This document shows positions 14,230 through 28,989 of a stretch of 64,000 bases of DNA, piece after piece. The DNA is from Selaginella moellendorffii (Eukaryota > Plantae > Lycopodiophyta). Under the pieces are notes generated by a model that was not told the origin of the DNA, did no database searches, and saw only the letters and a list, made by a program, of their open reading frames with translations. The position numbers were made by a program, and so were the translations under genes. Position 1 is the stretch's first letter, and each line of letters begins with the position of its first letter. Location: positions 1-64,000 of the forward strand of contig NW_003314437.1 in the NCBI RefSeq assembly GCF_000143415.4. Reading direction: 5' to 3'.

Positions 14230-14465
14230 ATTGAGAGATTGCAGCTCACAATCTGCTCGATTACCCTAAAAAATTTACTTGATTTGGAGCGTCATTAAAA
14301 TCAAATTGAAGCGTTGCCACCCCTTTGGCACTTGATCTATGCCATCTATTTGAAGTTTTTGAATTTGAACCGTTAGATTATAAGTATAGTGAGAAATAAT
14401 ATTCTAAAAATGGAATAAAAGACGCCAGATGCCATATGCCAATAGCACATTTAAATAAGGGAGTA

Positions 14466-16620
14466 CTAGCAGAGACCCCAGCTCCGCTGGGAGATATAAC
14501 ATACCCAAGATAAATAGATCTTCTTTTCTTATTTTAGAATGTTAGAAATTTTTATTGTATAAATGTTAAATTTATCTCAACTTTGCTACTATTCATCTCC
14601 AGAGTAAAACTTTGCTCTAATAATGCAATTAGATAATAATGCATGTGTTGGGGAAGATAAAATCATTTTTTTATCATCATGAAATTTAAATTTGAGTTTG
14701 TTTTTATTGCCTTTTCAAAAAGGTGCACAACCCTAAACACATCCACAAGATTGCTGCCAACCTTTAAAAAAAATTGAGTTTTCACAAAATCAAAGAATTA
14801 TACCAAAGAATAATAGGTTTTATAACTGGTTTGGTGAAGTTATAAATTTAATTGTGTACTGAGTTAACTTCTTTATTACCTGAATTGTAATGATGCCTTT
14901 AAAATTCATAGTTTACTAAAGAATAATAGAATTTCTATAATGTATCTCGTTTTGCATTTAAAAACATACATAAGCAAATTTATCCAGATTTCTACCACCT
15001 TTATATTAAACCTCATAAACTGGCAATAGAGAATAGTTCTAGACATATTGAGAAATTATAAATTGACCAAACCTAAGAAATGTAGAATAGGTACTTGCAA
15101 CATAAGAAGATAATGTAACTTTTCTATAAAAGTTTTAATTATGCAATACTCTTAAAAAAATATTCAAACTATAGTTATATGGTGAGTGAGAACCACCAAA
15201 TTCTTTATACATTTTATATACATGAAAGAAAAACTGTCCCTTATTTGCTATTACTTGTGCCAAAGTTTTGTTTTATTTGGGTATGTATAAAGGATCTAAA
15301 AAGCTTCTGGTGCTTCTTTTTTCCTTTTTTGCTAGTGTATTGACAGGATTTTATTTTTATATAATAGATAAATAATCTCAAAGGCTAATTGTGCCAAGGT
15401 AGAAATAATACTGTGCCATGACAAATCATGGAAGATGAGGAAAGATAAAGTAAAATATCAAAGCTCTAGTTTACCATCCACCTGGAGATATAAATTTTTT
15501 AATATTAATACTATTATGTATTTCAAAAGTGTAGGAACATCTTTATATTTTATTTCTTGCTTCAAATACCACATCCATTATCTGGTTCTGAACTATAACC
15601 TTATACAAGCCTAATATGAATTCTTATATTTTAATATTCAAATTCACTACTTGAGCTCTGCATTATTATTAAACTCACTAAGTAAGTTTATACAAATTGC
15701 TACCATATTTATATTAAACCTCACGGAAATAGAGAATGGTTCTTGGTATCTAATAAGTATAAACTATCTCATATACATACAAATATGAACTCCATTTCAT
15801 AGTAATATCTCAAAAAATTCTACCTCTTATATATTTTCTATTAATCTTCTTGCTCATAACATTATTTAAGTTTTTAGCATCTTTACATAGGTTTTATCTT
15901 TAGTTAAAATACTGACGCATAGTTTATATAAATAATTTGTTATTGCTCTAGATTTTCTCTGCAATTGTAATATGTCAATCCCTGAGAGTTGTTACCTAAG
16001 CATGACTAAAATATCTAGTTTTTTCATAAGGGTAAATTAAGTTTAAATAAAATACAGAAGTTAATTGTTTCCAAATAGAGCACGATTATGTGTCATATTT
16101 GCAAGATCCTCTGGAAAAGATAGAGAATAATTTTTTTTAAAATATAAAATATTAATACACCTCAAAAACCTTTCCAACCAGAACATGCTTTAGTATTAGA
16201 TCAAGAATGTGTAATACATTTTGCAACACTAAGATTACTATGAAAATTAAATAATGAAGAGACAAAATACTTGTGAAATAAAAACGTAAAATAAGGAGAA
16301 GGAAAGCTTTTAGAAATACAAGTTTAAAATACTAAAAAGTCTGATTTATATGAACTTCTTAGTAAAAGTGATTAGGCTATAATGTAGTACAATAGCTCTC
16401 AATTAAATATCCAGATTGACAGGAATAATGTTGAAAATAATAAACCATACTTCATTAATATTATAATTAGGTGATATCATGCTAGTAAGCTCTATATGCA
16501 TTTCAAACACATTAAACAATTTTAAAACTTTTAACAATTTTCTTAAAGATTGTCTCTAGCCAAACATTAAAAATCATATATCGCTAAAAATCTTGAAACT
16601 TTAATTTTATAAATACCATA
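14466..16620 (-). mobile_element. Helitron 3' region (minus strand)
   Basis: CTAG at 14466-14469 with hairpin cccagctccgctggg. 15480-16600 is homologous to 8925-9830. Confidence 0.65.
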
Positions 16621-17046
16621 ATAATTAATTTTGCAATACTACTTATTATTTAGCAAATAATATTGAAAACTCTTGGCATCTCTAAAATGGGAGGAAAACG
16701 TCCACACGAGATCTTTCTACGAGTTTCAAATCTAATCTAGTCCCTAAATCTAAAACTACACTACAAGAAGAATGCACTTACCTACTTGTGCCAAGCCAAG
16801 TAGAGACTATGAACATGTGTTTGAAGGTGCTAGTCCCACGCTTTTGATTCCTTGAAGGTGGTGGGTAAATAAGACATTGCCATTGCCATGAAGAGCCAAA
16901 GAGATAGGCAAAATGACAATGTATTGCAATGTATTTTGTATTAGGGATAAGTCTAAAAACATTCTAAGTCCTACTTTTATAGTCGCTGCTGCTCACATCA
17001 AGGTTAGGAATACAGTCCTAACCTTAAACCTTTCAAGTTTGTGTTT

Positions 17047-18909
17047 CTAAGCTTGAACTTTTGAGCTTGTTTTTTTCCTCTTTCTCCACTCTCCTATGAC
17101 TGTCTTGTGCTGCGTCCTGCAGTCACTGCTCCATTGCTGCATCCTGGGTAGTCGTTCCCTCATGTGGTTCCTCCTCCTCTTCCTCCTCTTCATAAGTCTG
17201 AGCTGCTTCCTCAAGCGCACGAATTCTTTCTTTTGCTGCGAGCAGCTCCTTGTTGAGCCTTGCATTTTCCTACTCGTACTGCTGCGCAAGATCAAAGGAT
17301 TCCTTACAGGATTTTGGAGTCAGGATTCCATGACTGCGAATGCTCTTGATGGTGGCGTTCAGCTGCTTGAATCCATCCTCGAGTTTGGAAAGGCGCTGCT
17401 CCGTTGGCTTGATGAATGTCTTCTTGTATAAGCTCTCGATGCCTTCGTGAGTGTACATGGCAAGCTTTGAGTCGTGATATTGCTGGAGGAGGTTGTTGGG
17501 GAGCTTGTTCCCATGACTGCTGCGATCCTGCTCCTCACGGTCTCGTTTCTCCGGTGTGTAGCGGCATGGAGGGCGGTTGTGGAGGTGTTGCTCTGCTCCA
17601 TCTTGCTGTCCATGGTTGTGTAAGCAACCAAAGGGAACGACTCGAGAGATGATCCGTTGGGGTTCAAATATAGAGGGAAAGGGCCCATGAAAAAGAGTGC
17701 ACCCCCTTTTCCAATTGGTTAAGGGTCTTGGGAGCTTACAGGTTGTCCATCTCGTCCGCTTTGTCGATTGGTGAGAGCCCGTGACTTGCTTTGTCAAAAC
17801 CTTTCTCGTTGTCCTTGGCCATGGTGGTTATCACAACCATTTCGGGCTCAAGGTTACAGTCCTGTGTTGCTGACTCAAGACTGCAAACTTGAGCCTCTGA
17901 GAGCTGCTTCAGATCAGCTTTGTCAATTGGAGTGCTTTCGTCTTGAGCGTGTATCTGTGGCGGTGGAATGTCCTGCATGTGATCCACTGGGTTGTCTTCG
18001 TCATGGGGTGGTTCCTCTTGCGTGTTTTCGCGCTCCACAAGTCCCTGCTCCTTTGGAGTTTCCTTCTGGAATTCTCCTTATTCGTCCTGAACTTCCACTC
18101 ATTTTTCCTGTGCCTCCTCCTGGTTGTCCACATCTTCTACTTGATTTTCCTGCGCCTCCTCCTAGTCGTCTTGCTCCTCATCCTCTTTTTCCTGTGCCTC
18201 GCTCCCGTCGCTATGGTCGTGCTTCTCCTTCACTGCTTTCACCTGGGCGTGAGGGACGATCACCAATGCTCTGTCATTGTTGACTGACAAAGCCTCAATA
18301 TACGGGAACATCGTTGTTGTAATTTTCTTCTTACCCTCTAGCGCATTGTAAACCTGTGAGAGTTCCCTATGGAACTTGGTGTAAACGTATGCTCCCAAGT
18401 CGACCTGGACTCTATTGTTCAGGTCCTTGTAGATGAAGGCAACATTCTTGCTCACTGATGTCGCCGTGCGTCGAAATTCCAATGTTGCGAGAAGGAATTT
18501 AAAAATCCCTCAGAATTTTTCCTTCACATTGGAGAGCTGCAGAGACGCTGTTGTCTTGTAATTTGCTGCATGCTTCATGATCTCTGGATCAATGGCTCTG
18601 TCTCACAGAGCTGTCACTCACTTTCCCCTATTCGGTAGTTGAAGAGCTTTGGTGAAGTCTTCTTCTTCAATCGTGATTTTTCCGCCTTTTATGCCTCTTC
18701 TGAATGTTGCCTTGTTTCTGTAAGAAGAGATTATGCTTCTTTACTTCATTCAAAACTAACAATTCATTGAAAGACCAAAGCCTCTGATTTCCAGCTGGTT
18801 TTGGAGGCTTTGGTGGATTGGGAGCAGTAAAAATTCCCCCTACTGAATTGAGAACCATTATATAGAAACTTTTGCTGATATTGAGTGGAGAACATGATCT
18901 CCAAGTCAT
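17047..18909 (-). pseudogene. Frameshifted retroelement-associated ORF (acidic/coiled-coil-rich), function unknown
   Basis: Overlapping minus-strand ORFs (18162-18482, 17736-18038, 17270-17797) appear to form one broken reading frame with acidic and coiled-coil tracts. No diagnostic enzyme motif. Confidence 0.3.
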
Positions 18910-19268
18910 TCAGCTGCTACTCTCCCATTCTTCTCAACCCTAAAACCAAGAATTGACACAATAGCAATAGTGGCGGGAGGAAATAACTACCATATCAGTG
19001 TTTTAACTTGCTATTGCAAGTTTGATAATGGTCAATGAGCCAGTTTTAAAAAACATTCAAATTGATTTCACCATCACTTTGTAAAAAAAAGGATGGTGAC
19101 AGTGATATATACTAGGGCAACATCACTTCAAATTGCAGATATGGCCATCACAATTTGACTGGGACGGTCACATATGCAGTGTCTATTAGAGCTTAATTTT
19201 TCATGTAATTTTTTTATTATTGTATTGGCTTCATACTAAATCTTGAAAGTAATTGAAAAAGAGTGTTA

Positions 19269-20260
19269 TGTAAGGAACCAACTCCCCGAGGTAGCGTAGG
19301 TGTAAGCTATAAATTTTTCCTTTCCAATTTGCTAGCTTACCTCATTTATTCGACCACCACTACTTTGGTCTTAATTAAATTCACTTTCCAAGGTTCCCAT
19401 CTATGGTACTAGCTCCTACTTGGTTTTAGCTACTCATTGCACAAACAATAGATTATTAGCCATTCATCTACAGATTCCTAAATTTTCTCCCAATCTTCCT
19501 CCCTTGGTTAAATTGAACTTAAAGTTTGACTACACTCCCCGTAAGCACAAAAAGCCAAACACACCAAGCCTCTAAATTCCTAAACTCCCTTGGTACAGGA
19601 AAACTTGATAATGGGACCTTCTAAATCCTACACTTGAGTGTATCATTTGCTTCAAGACCCTAAGGGGAAACACCATGGTGTAACAACTCGATATAGGGAC
19701 CCCTACTCCCCCACTTCCATCATGAAGGGAAGGCCCAAGCCTCTAGGAAAGGGTGAAGACCAATGAGCTACATGGTACTCACATGGGGCACCATTCTACA
19801 TGAGTTGGGAGCATTGTAGTTGATTACACTTTCGAGAGTGGGAGCTACTCTTAAGCACTTCCTTAGGTGGCTTCTTTGGCACCATTTGAGTCCATGGTCA
19901 CTCCCATCTAAGGCCCCCCCTAACCTTTAGTCTCAACCTCAAATTAGTTTGGAAGCACTATTAGAGAGTTCCTTCAAGATTAATTCTTAAACCTCACTAT
20001 CCCTACTATACTTTTTGCAGCCCCCTGTCTAGGAGATGATTGCTTTGGGCTTTCACCCCACGACTTATGTTAGTATTTGGACTTGGTTTTGGACTCGATC
20101 TTGGACCTAATTTGTCTCAGTCGAATTCCATCTTGGACTCGGTCTTGGACCTGATCTCAAATCGCAGACTGGGTCTCAAACTTTATCTCAGACTCAATCT
20201 GAAACTTAGGCTTGAAGTTGGTCTCGAACTTGATCTTGAACTTTGTGCTCTCTTATAAAC
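19269..20260. mobile_element. Degenerate LTR-like sequence (family B)
   Basis: Starts TGTAAGG and shares the ctttgggctttcaccc core and GGACTC/GGTCTC repeats with family A LTRs. Homologous to 44065-44460. Confidence 0.45.
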
Positions 20261-21927
20261 TTTTTAGATTAGATTGAAGGCAGTGCAAATGCAAGTTTGA
20301 GGTCTAGTCAAAGTTAAAACCGAAAAGATTAAATTCATAAAGACAAAAGATCAAACACAAAGATCATCTTCTTTTTTTTAAAAGATGATTCGCAACAAGG
20401 TGTGACTTATTTGCTTGAGGTCATATCCTATAGTCAAAGTCACTAATTTGATACATGTTGGTTGTGGTGGTCTTACAAGTGGTGCATCATGAAATGGATA
20501 ATAGTGAAGCATTAAACCATTTTACTTAGGCTTGTTATTGGAAGGCTTAAGTTGCAATGCTCAGTTCTTTTCTAGGAAACTCTGTTATTGCTCCTTGAGT
20601 AGCATAGTATCGGATTAGTTTTGAGTTTGATCAGAAAGAGAGTGGCATGAGTTTGACGATGTTGTGAATAAAGTTAGTGGTGTTAAGTGTTCTAAATCTC
20701 TATTGGTGGGGTGTGATATTTATCTTGCATTTTGTTAATAATAATTGGCATTTGATATTCACATAAACTTTTGTAGTAGTGATATAAGAATTACTTATGG
20801 TATTGCTCAATTGATGATCAAGTCATTGTGATTTTTATATCATATCCTAGTGATCCTAAGTAATGTTTTTAAAAAGTTGCATAATCAATAATGATCAACA
20901 TCAAAGTGGTTAATGTAAAGCTAGTCTAATTGCAGCTAAGGTACCAACATAAGTTTAGCATAATGGATCATCTTAGATAACCCAATCAAAACTATTATAA
21001 GGTTACAAGGCTTTGCCTATTGAGTTTTAAAAGGTTGTAACATTTATTTGTTATAACATCCTAGTTTATTTAATAGCAATTGGAGTAGATTACTGGATGG
21101 AGAAGATGTGTAGTTGAGGCATTCACATTGTTAGCACTTTTGTTAGTGGAAGTGGTATTATTATATCAAATAATGAGAAGATATCTTTATAACTTGATTT
21201 TTCATATCATTTTTCTTGTTAGTGTTATGGTTTCATATTGGATCTTGAAGCTAATTGAAGAAAAATATTAGTGCGATATGAATATCCAAAGATAAGGTTT
21301 TAATAATCAAGTTTTGGATATTCATTAGCATTTATAAATATTATTGTTAGTGTTGGTATTAAATATATGGGTATATTGTTAAATACTATGCATTTTATTG
21401 GGCTTTGAGAATTTGTATAGAGGTCAAGAGGAAGTTGGTTAAGTCTTGAAAATTTGCATTCTCATTTTTTATCTAGGATGAAAAATGTTCTATATATTGT
21501 CTTAGACTTTTCTAATGGCTAATCTATTGATTATATTGTCTGAAAACCATTTTGTTTTCTTAAGCTATTAGTAAAGGGGTTGGGGCTAAAGCAATGTAAG
21601 TTTAAAATTAGCAAAAAAAATGGTTGTAACACTTTTCTAAAAAGGTGACCCTTGTGCCTTTTTTCTATACCATTATACTTGATAATAGGTTGCACTTTAC
21701 ATTTGGTTAGACTCTATAAGAGTAGTGAACTCTCATTAATCTCGACTTAATCTTGATGGCCCTACGCCTTAGTTGAGGATGGATGGTGATGTCCAACGTA
21801 GTTATTTGTGATTGAGGTGTTAATACCTGTACTATAGCCTTGTCCATTAGGAGGTTCTGTACTTATATAAGTTCATCTCATGGTCTTAACCTTAGTTTCA
21901 GCTGAATATTGATCATGTATAACTATC

Positions 21928-24900
21928 TGTAAGTGACTAAATTTTCCATTCTAATTTAGTCAGTTAACCAGACCTTCAACCATTTGAAAGATGCTTACTC
22001 ACAACCTCCATAAGTCCTATTTTGGACTTAGGGACTTACTAGCCCCAAGAATGTCATCCATACCAGTCAACCATTGCACTTAGTCCAAGTGCTCCACGTG
22101 CCAATCCCATGACTAACACCCCAAGGTACCACCGACATATTAGCCCATTATGCTAAGGCCATGCCCATTCACCTTGGTCACACCGGTGGTTTGACACCAC
22201 CTACATCACAGTCCTGTCTCTCAAAGACTGGGCCATCCACCCATGAGTGATCATCCCAGATCTACTCTTTAGCATCCTTAGGATGCCCGTAGACATAGAG
22301 AATAGCCTTCCTCAATATTCCTTTTCCGATCCTCATTAAATCCCTTTCTGCCCATGGCTGTATTTGCCAACACTGCCACTGGATCGAGGCCCATAGACCC
22401 GACCACTAAATCCCATGGTCCTTTGGGACTTCCTCACCACATGACTATATCCTTGGTCACTACACTAGAGGACTACTCCTCTTCCTTTCCACAGTCTGGG
22501 CCTTTGGGACAACATTTCGGAACACCGTGGCCCTACGTGAGCTTTATGGGTACTCTCCCCACCTTCCACCTTTGGGTGCTCTAGCCATGGGCTTAGAGCG
22601 AGGTTTTGTTGAGCCACGCCAGGTATCTAAGTAGGTAGTGCCACCCACACTTGGGTTGAGAGCATCGACCATTCGATCTCCCGGGGGAACTAAAGCTGAC
22701 TCTTGAACACTTCACCAAGCTACCCCGCTTGTCGATCCATATTCACTCTAGTCTTGGACTTCTCAGTGGTCAGCTCATCACCCAACACCTGGGTACAGCC
22801 TTCCTGGGCCAAATTGGCCTTTCCTAGCTAAACTGGCTCCATTGGGCTCCAACCCCCAGACTCTCCCTACTATACGTTTGGAACCCCCCGCAGCCCCCCC
22901 TCCCCCCCCCCCCCCTGGGGGACAATCGCTTTGGGCTTTCACCCAACATCCTGTATTAGTATTCAGACTCGAACTCGGACTTGAACTCAGACTTGGACTC
23001 GGTCTCGGTCCCGATTTCGGACTCGGACTCGGTCTTGGCCTCAGTTTTGGTCTCGGTCTCGGTCTTAGTTCCATCTCGGGTCCATCTCGGACTCCATCTC
23101 GGACTCCATTTCGGGTCCATCTCGGACTCCATCTCGGGTCCATCTCAGACTCCATCTCGGGTCCATCTCGGACTCCATCTCGGGTCCATCTCGGACTCCA
23201 TCTCGGGTCCATATCGGACTCCATCTCGGGTCCATCTCGGACTCCATCTTGGGTCCATCTCGGACTCCATCTCGGACTCCATCTCAGGTCCATCTCAAAT
23301 CCATTTCAAACTCCATCTCGGATCCATCTCAGACTCCATCTTGTGTCCCTTTTCTAGAAACTCAGTTATTGCTTGCTTCATCCTTGTTCCTCGAGCACTT
23401 TGTTGGGAGTTCCACTCCCACTCTTGACCTTTCAAGTCAGAGCTTTTAGTCCAAACGTGTTGCGCTTGTTTGGTTTTCGCTTCGGCCACTACCACATGGC
23501 ACCCTTTCGGCTTCACTTTGGGGCTTAGGGATTTTGTGTCTCACAACTCCACCACCGATAGACAAAGTTTGATGTCCTTATCGAACGATAAACTATTTTA
23601 TAAAGTAATACCAACATGTATTATCCTTTCCATTCTTGGCACCTCGCCAATATTCGTCAATGGTTTGATACTGAAGGCTCACCATGCCTTGTCCATCCTC
23701 TAAGGAGCATAGTCTCTCCAACTTAGACACTGATTGGACCACTTGTGGTGGTTCTCTCCTTTTATTGGTTTAGTTCTCACTAAACTTGTTAGAGACACCG
23801 TTTCTATCTCAATCCCACTACTCTTTCTTGAGTAGTCTCAGTTTCCATCAATATAGCCTTTGCACTTTAGAACTTTTACTTTTGACTTCTCAAAGTTAAT
23901 TTCCTAGGTGTCTTCGACACCTTGCATTGCACATATTGTGCAACTCCACTTCCCCATCTTAGGAAGTTCTCTACTTGAGGGCACCATCATCCTCTCTTCT
24001 ATTTCATGCCACTTTGGGCACTAAATTCCAGTTATCATAACTTATGCTAGAGCTGTCCACGGCCCTATCATTAGGCTAACTTACTGCTCCTCCCTTGGAG
24101 CTTCCACTTTCACCGAATCGGAGCAATTGAGAATCCATCATTGGAAACATATTGCATTTCCTACAATTTGTTAGCACCTAACACAATAGTGTTCTTGGCC
24201 TAACTTTGCCTTTTGGATTCTTTTTCATGATTCCCATGGCTCTTTTCTTAACCACTAGTCTTTTGCTCCTATCCTTGATGGTTGCACCCAGCAACATTGG
24301 ATCGTTACCTCCATTCTTGAGGTATTCTTTCAGTTCCATAGCAAAGACTTTGCTTTGCCAAGTTAGAGGGTGTTCGCCCCTAGTACGTTTCTTTAACATT
24401 TTTTACTGTGGGCTCTATCCCTAGCCCAACTTTGTGACCCTCCCATGGGTCTCTTATAGAGACTAAATTCTTCGGACTCACTATGCCATCGCATTGTCAC
24501 AAATCATTTCCCTTAAGTGTTCTTCCCACTTGGTTACCTTGACCAAGCCACACCATCATCAATAGTTCAAATCAACACTTTGAACTAGGAACTTTATCCC
24601 TTAACCTCACAAGGACCTTATTTTTGTTTTAACCATGAGATCATCTAATGATCTAACTTTAGCACTTTAACAGGTTTGCCTATAGGTATTAAGTCTTCCA
24701 GACCTTTAAGTTGTTCACCATGACCCCGGGGGTATCCCCCACACTTGGCAATGCACCCAAGCCAGCCCTTTCGGCTAAGGGTCCATAGCAACTGAGACTG
24801 GATATCCCCATCTCGTTCACCACATCCTTGGTGCCACTCGCACCAAAGTGTTCAAGTTAAATATGCTGAGCCACACTAAGCAATTTAATCATGTATCATG

Positions 24901-27900
24901 ACTCTGGGGCATCCCTCGCTTGGCGGTGTGCCCAAGCCAGTCTCTTTACTGAGAGTCCATGACCACCGAAAAATGAGTGTCCTCATATTTCAAACCATCA
25001 CAGCGCCCTAGTGAGTTGGGACTCAAACCCAAACACTAGAGGGTCGGGACTCGAACTCAACCTCCGTATATGCATCTACAAAAGGCATCATCCAAAATGC
25101 CTGGCATGACTCCCCACGCCGATGCACCAACTTATAGTTAAAGCGCGCTATAGGTCACAACTTAGGAACCTAGTTCCTTCGCACTCCCAAGTCCTCTCAC
25201 TTGACAAGTCTGTAATCATGCATGGACTCCTCCATGCTTGGCCCCATGGGCCACCTTTTTGAAGTTGGCTCCTTCAACTAGGGTATTTGTTCCCCTGACT
25301 TGCCAATCTCACTTAACAAGTCATCCGACCACCGTAACATGGTTCATGCATAAGCATAAAAGTCCTTAACCATCGACTTTCGTTCAAAGTCCTCTCTTTG
25401 AACACTCGAAAACTACTTCCCTAACCTTGATAGCTTCGCCTCTTGGCAAGCTTCAAAACCACACTTCTGCTGCGCCACTCTGATTTTGCATGCTCTATAA
25501 ACCATTTACACTTGGTTTTCTAGGTATTAAGCTACCTAGAATTGTCTTTGGGAACCTTTGAAGGAACTCTGTCCCTTAGCTTGCTAAGGCCTCTCCTTCC
25601 ACAAGCTTTTAAATTGCTATATGGTTTAACATGGACAATTCCATGCTTTAGACTCTCCATAGCATTACAGTTGCTAGTAACAACATGCTTGAGCACCCAC
25701 TTGATTCTCCATTCCTAACTGGCATAACCACCCTTGGTTATGCAATTCAATTCTTATGGTTTGGTTCTATCCCCTTACTACTTGCCTTTGGTCTCACACA
25801 TTTTCTACGGTTATTCTCCTCCAGAATAGGAGGATAGCTTTGCACTTTCTACTATATGATAGCAAGTATTCTTAGGGATGAACCTACTCGATAGCCTAGG
25901 GAGTAGTTCTTCAATCTGGGTATGCTTAACTTATAATCCCACACACCGGGATTAATGTTGCTACTTATGGGATTTTATATGCCTATCACTAGCCTTGCCA
26001 AAATTCCATTTTGGCTTTGTCCAATTCGGGTAGACAGTCTTCTTCTGTTTCCACAACCTTGAACGTTGGGATAGCACTTTCTATCCATCATTCGCTAAGG
26101 ACTTAGTCCCTTGGGCCTTATCTATTGCCCTCTCGACACTAAACACTACCTCATGGTATTCTAGAGTGTTTGGGTGTCCTAATGATGGCCTCCTTGACAA
26201 TGAATATTTCCTTTTACAACATTGACTCACTATATTGCAACATAAGCAATTTATCCCCTGTAAGAGTATATCTAGCTTCTTTATGCCATTAAGAAGTCTT
26301 GGGTAACTACTTTCTACCCGTTTAATCAATTATCTTGCACCTCTTGCTTAGTTGCCTCATAGTTGTCAAGTTTTACAACTTATTGCTTGGTGCTTCCACA
26401 CCTTCATCATTATCTGGATCACCACACTCTAACTGCATGCCTTCTAGCTTAGGCTATGCCATTTCTATTTCCATTAGGATTCCTTTGGGAAAGGGTTCTC
26501 GTGAACCCATCAACTTCATCTTAAGGCATCATACTTTAGTACATTCGGTGTCTCTGCACCATCAGCCCCACGAGCCTACCTTTATGACACTTTTTACTTG
26601 TGTTTAGGTCCTTGCCAAGACTGATACGGTCCTTTTTCATGCCAACTATCTGTTAGCACTGCACTATAGAGTTTATACACAACTTTGTGTCAAAGTTATT
26701 TTCTTCTGGGAACACCTTTCCCACAACTTTAGTATGGCACCTTCTACCATCAATGAGATGCCCATTGTTCTCATGTTTGGATCTTATGATCCTCCCCATT
26801 CTTTGTGGGGAGATCCTCAGTCCAAATGCTTTTAGCAACCCCTTAGAACCATTCCTTGATTCTACTTGAGTCATTTAGCATTTTTGGACTTTATAATCTA
26901 AGGACCCATAAGGTCTTATTTTGAGGTGCTAGTTTGCTGGAATACAACTTCTTGTATTCGTGCCGTATTCACAAGGACCATCTTTTTAAGTGTTACTCCA
27001 ACACTTGATTTTGTTCTCTGGGGGCAAAAAAAACACTTGTCCATGTGATGAGAATACCAACACATCCTCTAAATACACCCCCAACTCCTTGGGTTATTCC
27101 AGCATTTATTAAAGATAGCCTTGGCTACCATTTCAAAGACTTGTGTCCTCTTCCGTATTTGACCTCCCACGATCATCAATTTTGGTCTCAAATTTATGAC
27201 CACCAGCCTCAACTACATGAGGGTAATCTCATGACTCTTTTATTGTTTTGGAGTCTGCATCTTTCCTGTGATCCCAACTATAGTTGTTTACCACAACTAC
27301 ATTAGCCCGTTTGCTAAGTCAAATGCTCATCTGGATCACACCTTCAACTTTCTGAGGAAACCCTTATACTGTTCCCAAGATCCCAAAGTCATTCCCTTAC
27401 TGGCCCTTTTCCATCTACCACATTACGTACAAGTTCACGTATGAACTTGAGTGGAGAGCCATGTCCTCTCGACATGCTACTCCTCAAGGATAGGTCCGTA
27501 CCTAGGACCTTCCACTTCTAATATAAGTGGTGATATACTTGGCCACCAATAAGAGTCGGACTAAAGAACAGCTCCAATACCAAGTTGTAAATGACTAAAT
27601 TTTCCATTTTACTTTAGTCACTTAACCACACCTCCGACCACTTGGAAGAGTCTCACTCACAACCTTTATAAGTCCTATTTTAGACTTAGGGACTTACTAG
27701 CCCCAAGAATGGCATCCATGCCACTCAACCATTGCACTTGGTCCAAGTGCTCCACGTGTCCGATCCCATGACCGACACCCCAAGGTACCACCGACATATC
27801 AGCCCATTACGCTAAGGCCATGCCCATTCACCTTGGTCACACTGGTGGTCTGACACCACCTACATCAAAGTCTTATCTCTCAAAGACTAGGCCATCCATC

Positions 27901-28965
27901 CATGAGTGATCATCCCAGATCTACTCCTTAGCATCCTTAGGATGCCTATAGACGGAATAACCTTCCCCAATATCCCTTTTCCGATCCTCACCAAATCCCT
28001 TTTTGCCCATGGTCGTGTTCGCCAACATTGCCACTGGATTGAGGCCCATAGACTCGACCACTAAGTCCCATGGTCCTTTGGGACTTCCTCACCACACAAC
28101 TATATCCTTGGTCACTACACTAGAGGACTACTCCTCTTCCTTTCCACAATCTGGGCCTTTGGGACAACATTTCGAAACACTGTGGCCCTACGCGAGCCTT
28201 ATGGGTACTCTCCCCGCCTTCCACCTTTGGGTGCTCTGGCCATGAGCTTAGAGTGAGGTTCTGTTGAGCCACGCTAGGTATCCAAGTAGATAGTGCCACC
28301 CACATTTGGGTTGGGAGCATTGACCATTCGATCTCCCGGGGGAACTAGAGCTGACTCTTGAACACTTCACCAAGCTACCCCACTTGTCGGTCTGTATTCA
28401 GTCTAGTGTTGGACTTCTCAGTGGTTTGCTCATCACTCAACACCTGGGTACAGCCTTCCTATGCCAAATTGGCCTTTCCTAGCCAAACTGGCTCCAACCC
28501 CCAGACTCTCCCTACTATACTTTTGGAACCCCCCGCAGCCCCCCCCCTAGGGGATGATCACTTTGGGCTTTCACCCAATAGCTTGTATTAGTATTTGGAC
28601 TCAGACTTGGTCTCGGTCTCGGTTTTGGACTTGGATTTGTCTCGGTCTCGATTTTAGTTTCAGTCTCGGTTCCATCTCGAACTCCATCTCAGGTCCATCT
28701 CAGACTCCATCTCAGGTCCATCTCGGACTCCATCTTAGAATCCATCTCAGGTCCATCTCTGACTCCATCTCAGACTCCATCTCGGGTCCATCTCGGACTC
28801 AATCTTGGGTCCATCTTAGACTCCATCTCGGATCCATCTCAGACTCCATCTCATGTCCCTTTTCTAAAGACTCACTTATTGCTTGCTTTGTGCTTGTTTC
28901 TCGAGCAATTCGTTCGGAGTTCCACTCCCGCTCTTGACCTTTCAAGTTGGAGCTTTTAGTCCAAA
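21928..28965 (-). mobile_element. LTR retrotransposon (family A), degenerate ~4-kb internal region, 5' LTR truncated by the TIR transposon
   Basis: LTRs at 21928-23545 (TGTAAG...TCACA) and 27586-28965 (truncated). Degenerate tRNA-Met PBS (reverse complement TGGTATTGGAGC, 27571-27582). Purine-rich tract next to 23546. No intact gag/pol. Confidence 0.8.
22960..23340. repeat. 6-bp/12-bp tandem repeat array inside LTR (GGACTC, GGTCTC, GGACTCCATCTC)
   Basis: Direct reading. The same array occurs at 28600-28850, 31178-31675 and, reversed, 49470-49970. Confidence 0.95.
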
Positions 28966-28989
28966 AAGCTCTATTTCGTTAAAGTGGGA
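28966..28989 (+). repeat. Left TIR of copy 1
   Basis: Exact reverse complement of 44041-44064; identical to 52418-52441. Confidence 0.92.

Larger units (their letters stand above)
7308..14392 (-). mobile_element. Non-autonomous/degenerate Helitron (minus strand)
   Basis: 3' end: CTAG at 7308-7311 with hairpin CCCAGT-GGA-GCTGGG. Probable 5' TC end (TCACTATACTTATAATC) at 14392. Contains a RepHel N-terminal remnant and internal duplications. Confidence 0.65.

Noticed and set aside
20260-21927. Possible decayed transposase or pol sequence
   Set aside because: Codon-like texture, but no motif I could confidently assign.
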